A stretch of 64,000 nucleotides of DNA from Lingula anatina (taxonomy: Eukaryota > Animalia > Brachiopoda). The DNA lies in NCBI GenBank assembly GCA_051362555.1, contig CM120647.1, forward strand, positions 18,452,651 through 18,516,650, given 5' to 3'. A model generated the notes under the pieces. That model worked only from the letters and a program-made list of their open reading frames with translations, was not told the origin of the DNA and ran no database searches. Positions 38,831 to 52,343 of the stretch are shown here, in pieces (position 1 is the first letter of the stretch; each line of letters begins with the position of its first letter). The position numbers and the translations under genes are program-made.

Positions 38831-39629
38831 TTTAAGCCAGAACAACTGACGCTCTTTGTTATGGGGTCTACAAATTAACAGATATTATTGGGAACCAAAG
38901 CAAACTTGAATTATTGCGTGAAGGAAGGTTCAATGCATGTAAATGTATTTGTGTAGTGTGCAGTTTATCTTACAGAAGTTTTGGGCTTAATTGTTAAGAA
39001 TACCTGTCACATCTGGTGAAGCTTTGTGCTACATTTTCATGGCGTGACTATGTGCCTTTTCTGTATCATGTGCACGTTCTGAAATTACGTTGGTCAATTT
39101 ATTATCAACTCCTTTGAGGATGATTTCAAATAGTCATATTTCATATTTAAACGTATTGTAAAATAGAACTTGAAGTGGGGAAAAGTATGTTACAAAGCAA
39201 GCAGAGAAAGCAGTGTTCCAACATGTTCCCAATCAAGTTTACTTTTCTTTTGTTATAGAGAAAAATTAAAGTGTTTAAATGTATCATTAAGATAAAAATT
39301 ATAAATTTTAAGCCAGAAAAACTGAAACTCTTTGTTAGGAAGTCTACAAGTTAACAAACATTATTTTGTTTAACAAAGTAAACTTGAATTAGTGAGTGAA
39401 AGGGGGTTCAATGCATGTCAATGTATATGTGTAGTGTGCAGTTTATCTTACAGAGGTTGTGGGCTTGATTGTTAAGAAAACCTGTCACATCTGGTGAAGC
39501 TTTGTGCTACATTCTCATGACGTGACTGTATGCCTTTTCTCTATTATGTGCACGTTCTGAAATTACGTTGGGAAATTCATTATTAACTCTTTTGACGATG
39601 ATATTCAACTAGTCATATTTCAAATTTAA
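38679..39629. repeat. Diverged tandem duplication, ~474-bp period
   Basis: GTATTGTAAAATA..CTTGAAGTGG at 38679 and 39153, collinear throughout. Confidence 0.85.
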
Positions 39630-40251
39630 TCGAGTCTGTTTTGTTTTTTCGGACGGCTTGGCGTCACGTATTGAAGTCAAGCAGGGTCAGTCCGCAAAAA
39701 CATCTCAGATCCTGTTAAATTTCCTTCATCTGGTAGACTTGGATGACAAGTATGAACAATAATAATGATATCCAATTCTGTATTAATGTGAGATCTACGT
39801 CAAAAACAAGTCTCACTGTGACAATTGTAAGCAAACTAATTACTTCCGTTGGCGTGACTGATCTATAGGGTTACAAGTCTTAAAACGACTCTGAAACTTC
39901 ACACTTTCAAGCCTGCAATTAGCGCTTTTGCACTCAAATAAACACGACAAGGATGTAAAGATTCGAACAACAAGTATTGGTCTTGCACCTGGAAGTGCAT
40001 CACCTCTATAATTAACACATTCTCTTCAATTTTATTATGCAGTGTCTTTTCACATAATATCTCGGTGTAAATATTTTTGGTTTGTAATTTTACCCATATA
40101 CACATGCACATGTACCATTATATGTAGTCGTCCGTGGCTGTAGCGTGACCACACCATGAATGTTATGGTATAAATCAATGAAAGTCTTCATCTATTGGTC
40201 AACGAAATGTGAAATGAACTCTTCCAAGACAGGGCGTGAGCGACATAAAAG

Positions 40252-43200
40252 ATGAAGCAGGCACTGGTGTGTGACACTTCCATTTGCAGTTGCTGCATGG
40301 AGAGGTACATTAGAAGAATGTTGATATTTCATCTCACTTTCTGCGCACTGTTGATTAATCAACCCGCAGATGTCATGCTCTTTAATTCCCATGAAGAGGG
40401 CCAATCTGAGAGATCCACCAAAAAGTCACCGGATTTGGTGGACGTAATACCGGTAAGAATCAGAAGAGAATTATCTTCTCGTCAAGAAGAAATGACGGCG
40501 AGAACCACACAAGAGTCTCCTACTACTGAGAGTGGAATGCACGTGGACGTCAGACGAGAGTCTCCCACTACTGAGGGTGGAATGCACGTGGATGTCAGAC
40601 GAGAGTCTCCCACTACTGAGGGTGGAATGCACGTGGACGTCAGACGAGAGTCTCCCACTACTGAGGGTGGAATGCACGTGGATGTCAGACGAGAGTCTCC
40701 CACTACTGAGGGTGGAATGCACGTGGATGTCAGACGAGAGTTTCAGACTACTGAGGGTGGAATGCACGTGGACGAAACACAAGAGTCTCCCACTACTGAG
40801 GGTGATATGCCCCTGGACGTCACACAAATGTCGCCCACTACTGAAGTCAGAATGCACGTGGACGTCACACAAGAGTCACCCACTACTGAGGGTGGAATGC
40901 ACGTGGACGTCACACAAGAGTCTCCCACTACTGAGGGTAGAATGCACGTGGATGTCAGACGAGAGTCTCCCACTACTGAGGGTGAAATGCACGTGGACGA
41001 AACACAAGAGTCTCCCACTACTGAGGGTGATGTGCACGTGGACGTAACACAAGAGTCGCCCACTACTGAGGGTGGAATGCATGTAGGTACCACACCAGAG
41101 TCGCCCACTACTGAGGGTGGAATGCACGTGGACGTCGCACAAGGGTCACCCACTACTGAGGGTGGAATGCACGTGGACGTCACACAAGGGTCTCCCACTA
41201 CTGAGGGTGGAATGCATGTAGGTACCACACCAGAGTCGCCCACTACTGAGGGTGGAATGCACGTGGACGTCACACAAGGGTCACCCACTACTGAGGGTGG
41301 AATGCACGTGGACGTCACACAAGGGTCTCCCACTACTGAGGGTGGAATGCATGTAGGTACCACACCAGAGTCGCCCACTACTGAGGGTGGAATGCACGTG
41401 GACGTCACACAAGGGTCACCCACTACTGAGGGTGGAATGCACGTGGACGTCACACAAGGGTCTCCCACTACTGAGGGTGGAATGCATGTAGGTACCACAC
41501 CAGAGTCGCCCACTACTGAGGGTGGAATGCACGTGGACGTCACACAAGGGTCACCCACTACTGAGGGTGGAATGCACGTGGACGTCACACAAGGGTCTCC
41601 CACTACTGAGGGTGGAATGCACGCAGGTACCACACCAGAGTCGCCCACTACTGAGGGTGGAATGCACGTGGACGTCACACAAGGGTCACCCACTACTGAG
41701 GGTGGAATGCACGTGGACGTCACACAAGAGTCTCCCACTACTGAGGGTAGAATGCACGTGGATGTCAGACGAGAGTCTCCCACTACTGAGGGTGAAATGC
41801 ACGTGGACGAAACACAAGAGTCTCCCACTACTGAGGGTGATGTGCACGTGGACGTAACACAAGAGTCGCCCACTACTGAGGGTGGAATGCATGTAGGTAC
41901 CACACCAGAGTCGCCCACTACTGAGGGTGGAATGCACGTGGACGTCGCACAAGGGTCACCCACTACTGAGGGTGGAATGCACGTGGACGTCACACAAGGG
42001 TCTCCCACTACTGAGGGTGGAATGCATGTAGGTACCACACCAGAGTCGCCCACTACTGAGGGTGGAATGCACGTGGACGTCACACAAGGGTCACCCACTA
42101 CTGAGGGTGGAATGCACGTGGACGTCACACAAGGGTCTCCCACTACTGAGGGTGGAATGCATGTAGGTACCACACCAGAGTCGCCCACTACTGAGGGTGG
42201 AATGCACGTGGACGTCACACAAGGGTCACCCACTACTGAGGGTGGAATGCACGTGGACGTCACACAAGGGTCTCCCACTACTGAGGGTGGAATGCATGTA
42301 GGTACCACACCAGAGTCGCCCACTACTGAGGGTGGAATGCACGTGGACGAAACACAAGAGTCTCCCACTACTGAGGGTGATATGCCCCTGGACGTCACAC
42401 AAATGTCGCCCACTACTGAAGTCAGAATGCACGTGGACGTCACACAAGAGTCACCCACTACTGAGGGTGGAATGCACGTGGACGTCACACAAGAGTCTCC
42501 CACTACTGAGGGTAGAATGCACGTGGATGTCAGACGAGAGTCTCCCACTACTGAGGGTGAAATGCACGTGGACGAAACACAAGAGTCTCCCACTACTGAG
42601 GGTGATGTGCACGTGGACGTAACACAAGAGTCGCCCACTACTGAGGGTGGAATGCATGTAGGTACCACACCAGAGTCGCCCACTACTGAGGGTGGAATGC
42701 ACGTGGACGTCGCACAAGGGTCACCCACTACTGAGGGTGGAATGCACGTGGACGTCACACAAGGGTCTCCCACTACTGAGGGTGGAATGCATGTAGGTAC
42801 CACACCAGAGTCGCCCACTACTGAGGGTGGAATGCACGTGGACGTCACACAAGGGTCACCCACTACTGAGGGTGGAATGCACGTGGACGTCACACAAGGG
42901 TCTCCCACTACTGAGGGTGGAATGCATGTAGGTACCACACCAGAGTCGCCCACTACTGAGGGTGGAATGCACGTGGACGTCACACAAGGGTCACCCACTA
43001 CTGAGGGTGGAATGCACGTGGACGTCACACAAGGGTCTCCCACTACTGAGGGTGGAATGCATGTAGGTACCACACCAGAGTCGCCCACTACTGAGGGTGG
43101 AATGCACGTGGACGTCACACAAGGGTCACCCACTACTGAGGGTGGAATGCACGTGGACGTCACACAAGGGTCTCCCACTACTGAGGGTGGAATGCACGCA

Positions 43201-46200
43201 GGTACCACACCAGAGTCGCCCACTACTGAGGGTGGAATGCACGTGGACGTCACACAAGGGTCACCCACTACTGAGGGTGGAATGCACGTGGACGTCACAC
43301 AAGAGTCTCCCACTACTGAGGGTAGAATGCACGTGGATGTCAGACGAGAGTCTCCCACTACTGAGGGTGAAATGCACGTGGACGAAACACAAGAGTCTCC
43401 CACTACTGAGGGTGATGTGCACGTGGACGTAACACAAGAGTCGCCCACTACTGAGGGTGGAATGCATGTAGGTACCACACCAGAGTCGCCCACTACTGAG
43501 GGTGGAATGCACGTGGACGTCGCACAAGGGTCACCCACTACTGAGGGTGGAATGCACGTGGACGTCACACAAGGGTCTCCCACTACTGAGGGTGGAATGC
43601 ATGTAGGTACCACACCAGAGTCGCCCACTACTGAGGGTGGAATGCACGTGGACGTCACACAAGGGTCACCCACTACTGAGGGTGGAATGCACGTGGACGT
43701 CACACAAGGGTCTCCCACTACTGAGGGTGGAATGCATGTAGGTACCACACCAGAGTCGCCCACTACTGAGGGTGGAATGCACGTGGACGTCACACAAGGG
43801 TCACCCACTACTGAGGGTGGAATGCACGTGGACGTCACACAAGGGTCTCCCACTACTGAGGGTGGAATGCATGTAGGTACCACACCAGAGTCGCCCACTA
43901 CTGAGGGTGGAATGCACGTGGACGTCACACAAGGGTCACCCACTACTGAGGGTGGAATGCACGTGGACGTCACACAAGGGTCTCCCACTACTGAGGGTGG
44001 AATGCACGCAGGTACCACACCAGAGTCGCCCACTACTGAGGGTGGAATGCACGTGGACGTCACACAAGGGTCACCCACTACTGAGGGTGGAATGCACGTG
44101 GACGTCACACAAGGGTCACCCACTACTGAGGGTGGAATGCACGTGGACGTCACACAAGGGTCTCCCACTACTGAGGGTGGAATTCATGTAGGTACCACAC
44201 AAGGGTCTCCCACTACTGAGGGTGGAAAGCAAGTGAACGTCACACAAGAGTCACCCACTACTGAGGGTGGAATGTATGTAGGTCCCACACAAGGGTCTCC
44301 CACTACTGAGGGTGGAAAGCACGTGAACGTCACACAAGAGTCACCCACTACTGAGGGTGGAATGCACGTGGACGTCACACAAGGGTCACCCACTACTGAG
44401 GGTGGAATGCACGTGGACGTCACACAAGGGTCTCCCACTACTGAGGGTGGAATTCATGTAGGTACCACACAAGAGTCGCCCACTACTGAGGGTGGAATGT
44501 ATGTAGGTCCCACACAAGGGTCTCCCACTACTGAGGGTGGAAAGCACGTGGGTGTCACACAGGAGTCGCCCGCTACTGAGGGTGGAAGGCTTGCGGCCTC
44601 TTTGCAGGAGTCACCCAGTCAAGAGAAAACATTGCGGGGCATTTCTACCAACAGCAGTGAAACGTCTTTTTCCTCAGATGTGACTCTCACGCCGTACAGA
44701 TGGCTCTGTGCAAAATTGGGATATCGTCAACTCAGCATTAAGGTCCACTGCAACTGTGACCCGCTGTGCGTCCTGTATGGTGACTGCTGTTATGGGGTGA
44801 CAGAAAACGCGACAGAGTGCGCTGCATCTGTCAGATTAACAAGTGCGCATGGAACAAGCTTCAGAGAAACTCATGGTAACAGCACCACTTCTACTGCAGC
44901 TCCAAACAATACATCCTCTTTAATAAGAGAATTAAACCAACTCGACCCTGCATCTATTCCTCTGGCTCAGAAAAGCTCTTGTCGGAAACCTCCAACATTT
45001 CATCGACAAAAATCACAACGCGGGTCAGGCGAAATGGACATTATGGGACTGAGCTTTTGGATGGTGGACCAATGCCCAGCATCTTGGATGGAGAAGGAAA
45101 GCCGTATCAAGTGCACCGATACCCCAAATACTGGCATCACAGAAAATGCACTCTTATACCAGCCAGTCACCGACCCAGATACAATGATCACCTTCAGAAA
45201 CAAGTACTGTGCAGCGTGTAATGGTATCAAGGATGGCGGGGAAGCGTGGGGACTTGTCGTGTATGACAAGACAACAGAGATCAATGATTTTGTTAACTGC
45301 AGCTCCTCGGTTTGTGTTTTAAGAAAGCTGAAATACTTCGGAAGTCATGGCATTTTCGTGCCTAAACCGGAATGGAATTTAAGGACATGCTTCCGGGAAG
45401 CTGAGGACGATGCCTTTGGTCCTTGCAAGTTCAATTTTATCAATGGAAGCGTGCGCCGTATGCCTCGTCCACTCCCCTTGCATTCAGCTTTACGAGATGC
45501 CTGCATGGCGTACAACAACCCTGTTGTTCTAAGCGGTTTTGATGAAAGTTACAAGAACTACCACTGCGTAGTTTGTTATGGAGGTGATTTTACCGTCTGC
45601 GGAGGTGAGTGGTGCGTTTTGTTAGTAGAAAATTCATATGGAAAAATGTCAGAACCGTGCTTTAATGGTGTTTATTATTAGTATAGTTTACTCGCCTACC
45701 TCGTCATTTCAGTTTATGATAACAATATCTCTTCCAGCGGGTTTTATTAGTCCGGGTGCGCCAATCTTTTGCTATTTCTCTGAAGTTGAGCTAGGATTCA
45801 AGATGGATCTTAGAGTTGTGACATCTTGCTCACGAAACCCGAGTTGAAAGACGTGTTGAATAGTTTATACTACAGGGACCTGATAAGGGGGCCGTGTGTT
45901 GCTGAATGTTTGGCAAGCTTGCATGTTCTCTAATTTATTCATTATATAAAAATGTTTTTTCAGTTGAAAATGACACATCGCCAGAAAAAGGATTCGGAGA
46001 ATTTTCTTTTCGTGCCCTATTGTACCTTGGAGACCAAGACAGGAAACAGAGTGATGACGAGATGATTAGGGTGAGAAAACGAGCTACAGTAATCATAATG
46101 ATAAGAGATAAATGTACTTGACATCTTCACTTTTCTAATTTTTTCCCCTGTATGGTTATATTAATATTCTATTGTAATTATTATTATTATTTTATTTTTT

Positions 46201-46865
46201 ATGTTAACTGCAGCCCATTATTGGAAAAACTATGTATTTACACCTGCAGACGTGCCTGTTTTTTTTTTTTTTTTTTTTTTTTTCAGTCTTTAGATCAGCA
46301 GATAATGTGCCCCCCTGGTTTTGTTCCTGATGCCCAGGGCTGCCGCGCCCTTATGTACAATTTTACGGTAGTAAAATCCATCGTTCCTTTACATTTTGAA
46401 CCTTGTGGCTGGGCTTCAACACCAAGGAATGACTGTATGGATATCAGGCGTAATGGTCAATTAAGAGACGTACTGAAAGCTGTGCAGGCAGATATTCGTT
46501 CATGCAGTGAGAAACACGGCGCGGATGACACGTCCATCACCTTTGTCGTTGAAACAATGGTCACTCTTCGCGTGCGACTAGCCCACTACCAGGAAAGTCG
46601 TAACATATTGAACCAAGTGAAAGCACGGATGGAAAATGCTCTGCAAAAAGTGCAATTTGAGATATCTGGAGGGCCTATCGGTATACGTTTAGGATCGTTC
46701 TCTGCCTGCACAAAGAACACCACGAACCACGGCTCCGTACCGCTATTTGCTAGCACGACACCGATCACAACCCCGAAGCAGAACCGAGGATATATCCATG
46801 TCGGTAACGTTAGACTTTTGATGTTGATGGTGATGGTGGCAGCGGTGTGGGATTTTTACATGTAG
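40252..46865 (+). CDS. Secreted/GPI-anchor-candidate mucin-like protein with 15-aa repeats, somatomedin-B-like and Cys-rich domains (~2012 aa)
   Basis: Exons 40252-45604, 45964-46070 and 46287-46865 (6039 nt, in frame; the true start may be the Met at 40297). Features: signal-like LIFHLTFCALLI, furin-like RIRR, repeat SPTTEGGMHVDVTQG, SMB-like CNCDPLCVLYGDCC, FWMVDQCP..PVTD..TFRNKYCAACN, YKNYHCVVC, and a C-terminal hydrophobic tail LLMLMVMVAAVW. Confidence 0.85.
40504..44587 (+). repeat. Coding 45-bp minisatellite (~90 units) with higher-order structure
   Basis: Unit TCnCCCACTACTGAGGGTGGAATGCACGTGGACGTCACACAAGrG. Variant blocks recur at 135, 810 and 1575 bp spacing. Confidence 0.97.
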
Positions 46866-47762
46866 CTATGGGTAAGAGCATTACAGATACAGGATCGGTT
46901 ACTACTTTGGCTAAATCAATTTATACATGGGAATTTGACGTTTTTATTTTTTGTGAAATAATTTTGCGTTTTTAATTATAGTAAAGTTAAATAATTAAGA
47001 TTTTACTTTTCTTCAAAATTCATCTCAAATAGTTGTTTGGACGTCATAACTTCATCCAACGAGATTTTCTTTTTGCTTTTGTTATTTTGTTGATTACAAA
47101 TCTTACTCAGAAGTTATGGACGCATTTTTATAAACTTTTCAAGATGGATCAGAAATTGGCTACCTTAGAATCGATTCGATTTTGTTTGTGATTCGTTATC
47201 TAATTAATTGATAATTGGGTTGTCGTGGTGGAGGCTTGCACTGTCTAAGTGATTTTGAGTTTGGGTTATCAAGTGGAATAATTTGAAATATAATCGGCCA
47301 ACTAGAAAGTATCAGAGTACGATAATTGGCCTTAATAAAAGAAACACGCATTTGAAATATTGTCTACTATACCGTATTGGTTCTTAACTTCCATGACAAA
47401 ACAGTGTTTAAAAGTAGAATTTATCTTGTGACACATATTCATGAAAGTTTCATGTTTTCATTTTATGTATTGTACTAGGCTTTACTGCATATAATTTTGA
47501 TTTTTTTTTACTTCAGAAGGATTTGCAAATCTAAGTAAAATATGTTAGTTTTTTAATTTTCCAATAGTGAACGGTGGATTTCGATTTCCATTTTGCCCTG
47601 TTTATAGGTTGTAACAGGTCATAACATGTGTGTCTTGTCCTAGTTTCACAAAAAATTCTTATGTCGATTCTCTGGCTTTGCTTAGTTGAATAGGATTTCC
47701 ATGAGAGTGCTGTAACACTGTTTCTGATAGGGTAAAATGTGCGTATGTGAGTATGTAACGGT

Positions 47763-47797
<35 letters not shown>

Positions 47798-48866
47798 TAA
47801 AGTCGGGGCAGTGGTAAGATACATTTAGAACATGATCTTTGCGAAGAAATAATTAGCCGGAGCAAGACTTATTTTATCAAATAACTTTATTATCTATTTG
47901 ATAAATAAAGATCAGATGTTGTTTTGTAACAAGGCTGATGATTTGTAAAAAAATAAGGCATTACTTTTATGTACATGCAAAAATGAATGTTTTCAATATT
48001 TTCAGAAACTGACCAGTTTGTATGGATTGTATTTGTATATCATTCATAGTACATTGAGCGTTGGTTTATGAGTAATCAATCATTTGATAGTTGGTATAAG
48101 GCACATTAAGTTATCTAAAGTACATGATTTTAACTAAATTATAGCTGGAAAATATTTTGATGTAAGTGCATGCATATATTTACGGTTTTGTGGTTTGCTG
48201 TTTTCAAAATTAATAATTTACACAATCTGGCATGCAATTTTACGTTTGATCTAGAATTCGAACTTTTTTAATGTTGTAAATCAATAATGTGCTAAATGTT
48301 GTAAATTTGTCATATTGCAAAAAAAAAAAAATAATAATAATACGGTTTCCTTTTAAGTAAGAGCAAATTAGCAGAATTTGATTTTTATGAATTGAAAAAA
48401 ATCAATGAACTTAAATATTGAAAGTTTTAAAGTGCAATATAATTTTGTTAGGAATCAATTACCTTTACAAGAATGGAATTTATTAATGTAACAAGAATCG
48501 GCTTAATTGATTGATTTCACGATATAAAAGTGAATTAATTTTCATGACGTCAATAACAGCCGAAAATTTGCATTCATGGTCATTTAGTTAAAAAAAAATT
48601 ATACATCTTTTTGGAAGGTTTGGCGAAAATAAAAGTGGCCGTGACTGGCCTTATACCAATCAATCATATTGTGTTTGTCATTTTATTTCGTTAACTGATT
48701 TTTTGTGCAATTGGCGGGAGAGATAAATTATAAACTTCAAATATTTACCCTTTACTTAGATAAGGCGTGACACAGTGATAAAAATAACTTGAAATGCATT
48801 TAAAATCAAAGTTTTTCCCCTAAACCCGACCTAACGGCAACATATAACTTCAAATTGTATAACTTA

Positions 48867-49081
48867 GGGTGCATTCCCATAGATTTAGATCGATCTAGAT
48901 AGATCGACCTAACTCCCTGGGGGTTCACGCTAAATTGATGTCAGCCGAGCGCGCACGGTAGTTAATTACCCCCTTATAGCCTTTAGTAGGCGGGAAAGAC
49001 GCTTAAGCCGGCTAAGCTGACAGTAATCTAGTGAGACTCCCCACAGGGATAGATTGATCTAAAATCTGTGGGAATGGAGTC
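48867..49081 (+). mobile_element. MITE family A copy with TTA TSD confirmed by an empty site
   Basis: Filled: TATAAC-TTA-[element]-TTA-GAGAAATAG. Empty paralogous site: TATAAC-TTA-GAGAAATAG at 58174-58191. Confidence 0.92.
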
Positions 49082-49238
49082 TTAGAGAAATAGTACCAAA
49101 GAAAATTGTTTCATATTTCACGGAAATTGATATATGCACTAATTTTTTTCTGCTTTCTTTCTATCTATGCTTCAGCAGCCTCATTTGAAGAAGTATGCAC
49201 GCGCAGCTATACGTACATACATCCATACAAGGGAATAA

Positions 49239-49784
49239 GAGCGCATTCTCAACGAAGTAAGCCAGGCTTTACAAAGCCGGTGACCTAAAAATGGCGGACG
49301 TACATGAAAGAAAAACCGCCTAATCTCATAATAGTCTCTCCGCCTCCCCACACGTCGTCCCTGCGGGGTACAGTAATTAAATCGCGTCTCCGTTCGCCAT
49401 GCGGAAGCTACCTGAGAAATATTAAGTGCGCATGCTCATCAGTTAAACTCGTGGTAAAGAAAGCATGGCGGCTGAAGGCGATCGAAGGAAAAAAGCTCTT
49501 CTGTTCTATTATCTTTGAAAACAGAGACGAAAAAGGAATAATTTGGCCCGTAGAGCAGCAATGAATCGACTATCTACGGAGATAATATCACCAGAGATAT
49601 TCACGGAAATATTAATGTTCGGAGCCGAGATTTAATTACTGTACCCCGCCGGGACGACGTGTGGGGAGGCGTGTGAGAGGCGGAGAGACTATTAAAAGAT
49701 TAGGCGGTTTTTCTTTCATGTACGTCCGCCATTTTTAGGTCACCGGCTTTGTAAAGCCTGGCTTAATTCGTTGAGAATGCGCTC
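49239..49784. mobile_element. 546-bp fold-back MITE (long TIRs), Harbinger-like
   Basis: GAGCGCATTCTCAACGAA...TTCGTTGAGAATGCGCTC with ~150-bp inverted arms and TAA/TTA flanks. Empty site GGGAA-TAA-GAGTGAT at 58334-58348. Confidence 0.9.
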
Positions 49785-52157
49785 TTAGAGTGATAATTGT
49801 GCAATGCACTCACGGTACGACGTCAATTAGCGGACCTTTATGAATTGGAGGGTCAGATAAATAGGACAATTTTCGACCAAAAATTTGAAGAAGGTGCAGT
49901 TTTTTAAACATACATTCTGGCTGAGTCAGAAGTTAATTTAGTTTATGACTTGGCATGTCGACTTAATTTCGGTCGTATGAGAAACTAATAGAAGTGATTT
50001 ATATGCGTTACTTGAAATCCACGCTGTCTTTAAATGTTGAGATTACCAAGATTAAAAGGATTATAACTCTTTGTATGAGATCTATATTTCACAATATAAA
50101 CTTTGTGCACAATTCATAGAAATATAATATATTCTGTTGGCCGGTACTGACAGTTAGGCTCGTCATAATCATATAAATAGCGTGTTTCCACCCCCTGGCA
50201 TATATATCAAGTATTTGTCTTGGCAAGTATATCAATTATTGTTATATAAGAGGCTGTCAAAATGTCACCTTTGTCTTGGCATTTTTCACTGATTAGTGCC
50301 TACCCCAGTGTTAAAGGTGTATAAGTGTGATCACATGTGTGGAGTTTTATGTCAGATGGGCATATAAAGTTCTAAAAAATTCGTCAAAATATAAAAAAGA
50401 TACATCTTAGCACAGCAGTTGTAGATCGGTACGATTCAGTTGTTAGTTGCGAACTACTTCCTGGTTTTCACAAGGTCCCTCAAGAACTCTAAAACATAAT
50501 TATAATTGCAGCCCATACTATAAAACACCCAAAAATACTTAGATATGGACATATCAGATTATATAAATGCCAAAATTCCACATGACAACGATTTATAGCC
50601 TCCTGGGAATTCCTTTCCCTTTACGCTCTTTGTCGCGCTGGCGGTCGATGCAGCATGTATTTTAAAACAAGTTGTCTGCAAATTAAGCACGATTTTGCAC
50701 CTTCAAGTTTCGTGACACGTTTTCATATCAGGTGCCTATTATTTCTAGAAGTATTCTCTGCTCAGAATGCGTAAAGAAGAAATGTTATCTTACCATGTTG
50801 TTTGAAAAACTGCTTTTGTCTCCGAGTCCACGTCTTCTTTCCCGTTCACCTACAGCTAAAAATGACCACTCAACTTCGCGTCCTACACCACTTGACGTCA
50901 CACTTCCGGCACAATTCTGACCAATGCTGATCTCTTCCAGTACCCCTTATTAGGACGATGCATAATGAGCATGTTAACTGGCCAAGTAATTTACAGGTGA
51001 GCTGCCGTTTGTTTGTACGGCATGTGTAATAAAATAAGAGATGGCATAGATCAAGACACACTATGCTGTCACAGGTAAAATATCTTGACTACAAAAACAA
51101 CAGTAACTATTTTGCTGCCATTTTTCACGGTAAATTACTAGCATCCCAGCTGCCAGTATGCTACCTTGAAAAAAAAAACACGTAAAATACTGTGACTACA
51201 AAAACTTTTTTTTTTTTGCTACCATTTTTTTACTGCCATTAAAGCTGCCAGTACGCTACGGTGAATGTTTTAAAGTGTTGCTTAGTATGCATTTAATGTA
51301 CCGGTATCACATGCATTATTCTGCAATTATACACGTATTATCTATGAATGATACATATCCATATTTTAACCTAAACGCTCTTTACATCTGGTTAAAAGGA
51401 GGGCCTAGTGTGTTCTCTTCTGGTAGAAAGGGGAATTCTGTGTACCATTTAGACATAGCCTATTTTGTAAAAAGAAACAACTACTTATGGACGTAATCTT
51501 CTGGCTGTTTTGGCAGTTAATGAATGGATGAAGCACATATTGGATAATTGCTAGAAACCAAGGCCTGACATTACCCTCTGTCGGGCCACGGAATGATTTT
51601 GCGTTAGATATGTACATATAATCATAATATTATCCTTCTGATTTTATATTTATTTCTGGACTGCAAATTTTTTTTCGTAGAAATGACGTCAGCACCCCTC
51701 ACAAACCCACACAATTTGAATAATTTTATAATAAATATACATATTTTACAGGCCCATTTTACATTTAAGGCAAATATATGTACACGTATAGCAGTACTGT
51801 TCTGTATAATATTGGTACACGGGGCGTGCCTTTAAGGTTAAATGGTAAAAGGAACAGTCACGCAAACGCCGTGCATGTGATGAACTTCTTGGCGATAAAA
51901 AGGGCAGACGACAGATATAACTGACCAAAAGCGTTGCCCCTCTCGGCTAGGAGTTCGTTTTTGCCTTTTGCTTTATTCTTTGTTGCATACTTGCGTGGCT
52001 TGAAAGTGAGTGGATTTCGTCTGGAATACGAAGGCCATTTCCCCCGTGTTCGATGTGAGTAAATTGCACGAGATGGTAGGTATTCACTTTAAAGGGCAGT
52101 GTTCCCTATAGTTGCTAGCAATTAAGTTTCACCAGCAGACTAAATAATTGGAAAGTG

Positions 52158-52343
52158 CAGGCCCGTAGCCGAGGGGGGGGGGGGGGGGGGGGGGATTCGA
52201 GGGGTTCGAAAGAACCTCCCCTTTTGCTAAGAAACGGTCCACTTTGGATAAAATTTGACCTAGGTACATGCCGTTTTTTTATTGGAAAAGGTCCACCTTT
52301 CAGAAAAAGAACACCCCTTTTGAAATTGCTGGCTACGGGCCTG
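52158..52343. mobile_element. MITE with CAGGCCCGTAGCC termini
   Basis: Perfect 13-bp TIR with flanks AAGTG/ATGTG. Absent from the duplicate at ~60275 (TTGAAAGTGGCTG). Confidence 0.85.

Noticed and set aside
40743-44168. 1141-aa Cys-rich antisense ORF (SVVGDPCVTSTCIPP)n
   Set aside because: It is the mirror of the 45-bp coding repeat, whose unit has no stop in that frame. It has no ATG start or signal peptide and no unique flanking domain, whereas the sense frame has both.
40504-44587. CRISPR-like regular repeat / array of CACGTG E-boxes
   Set aside because: There are no unique spacers or cas genes and the context is eukaryotic. CACGTG arises from His-Val codons in an open coding frame.
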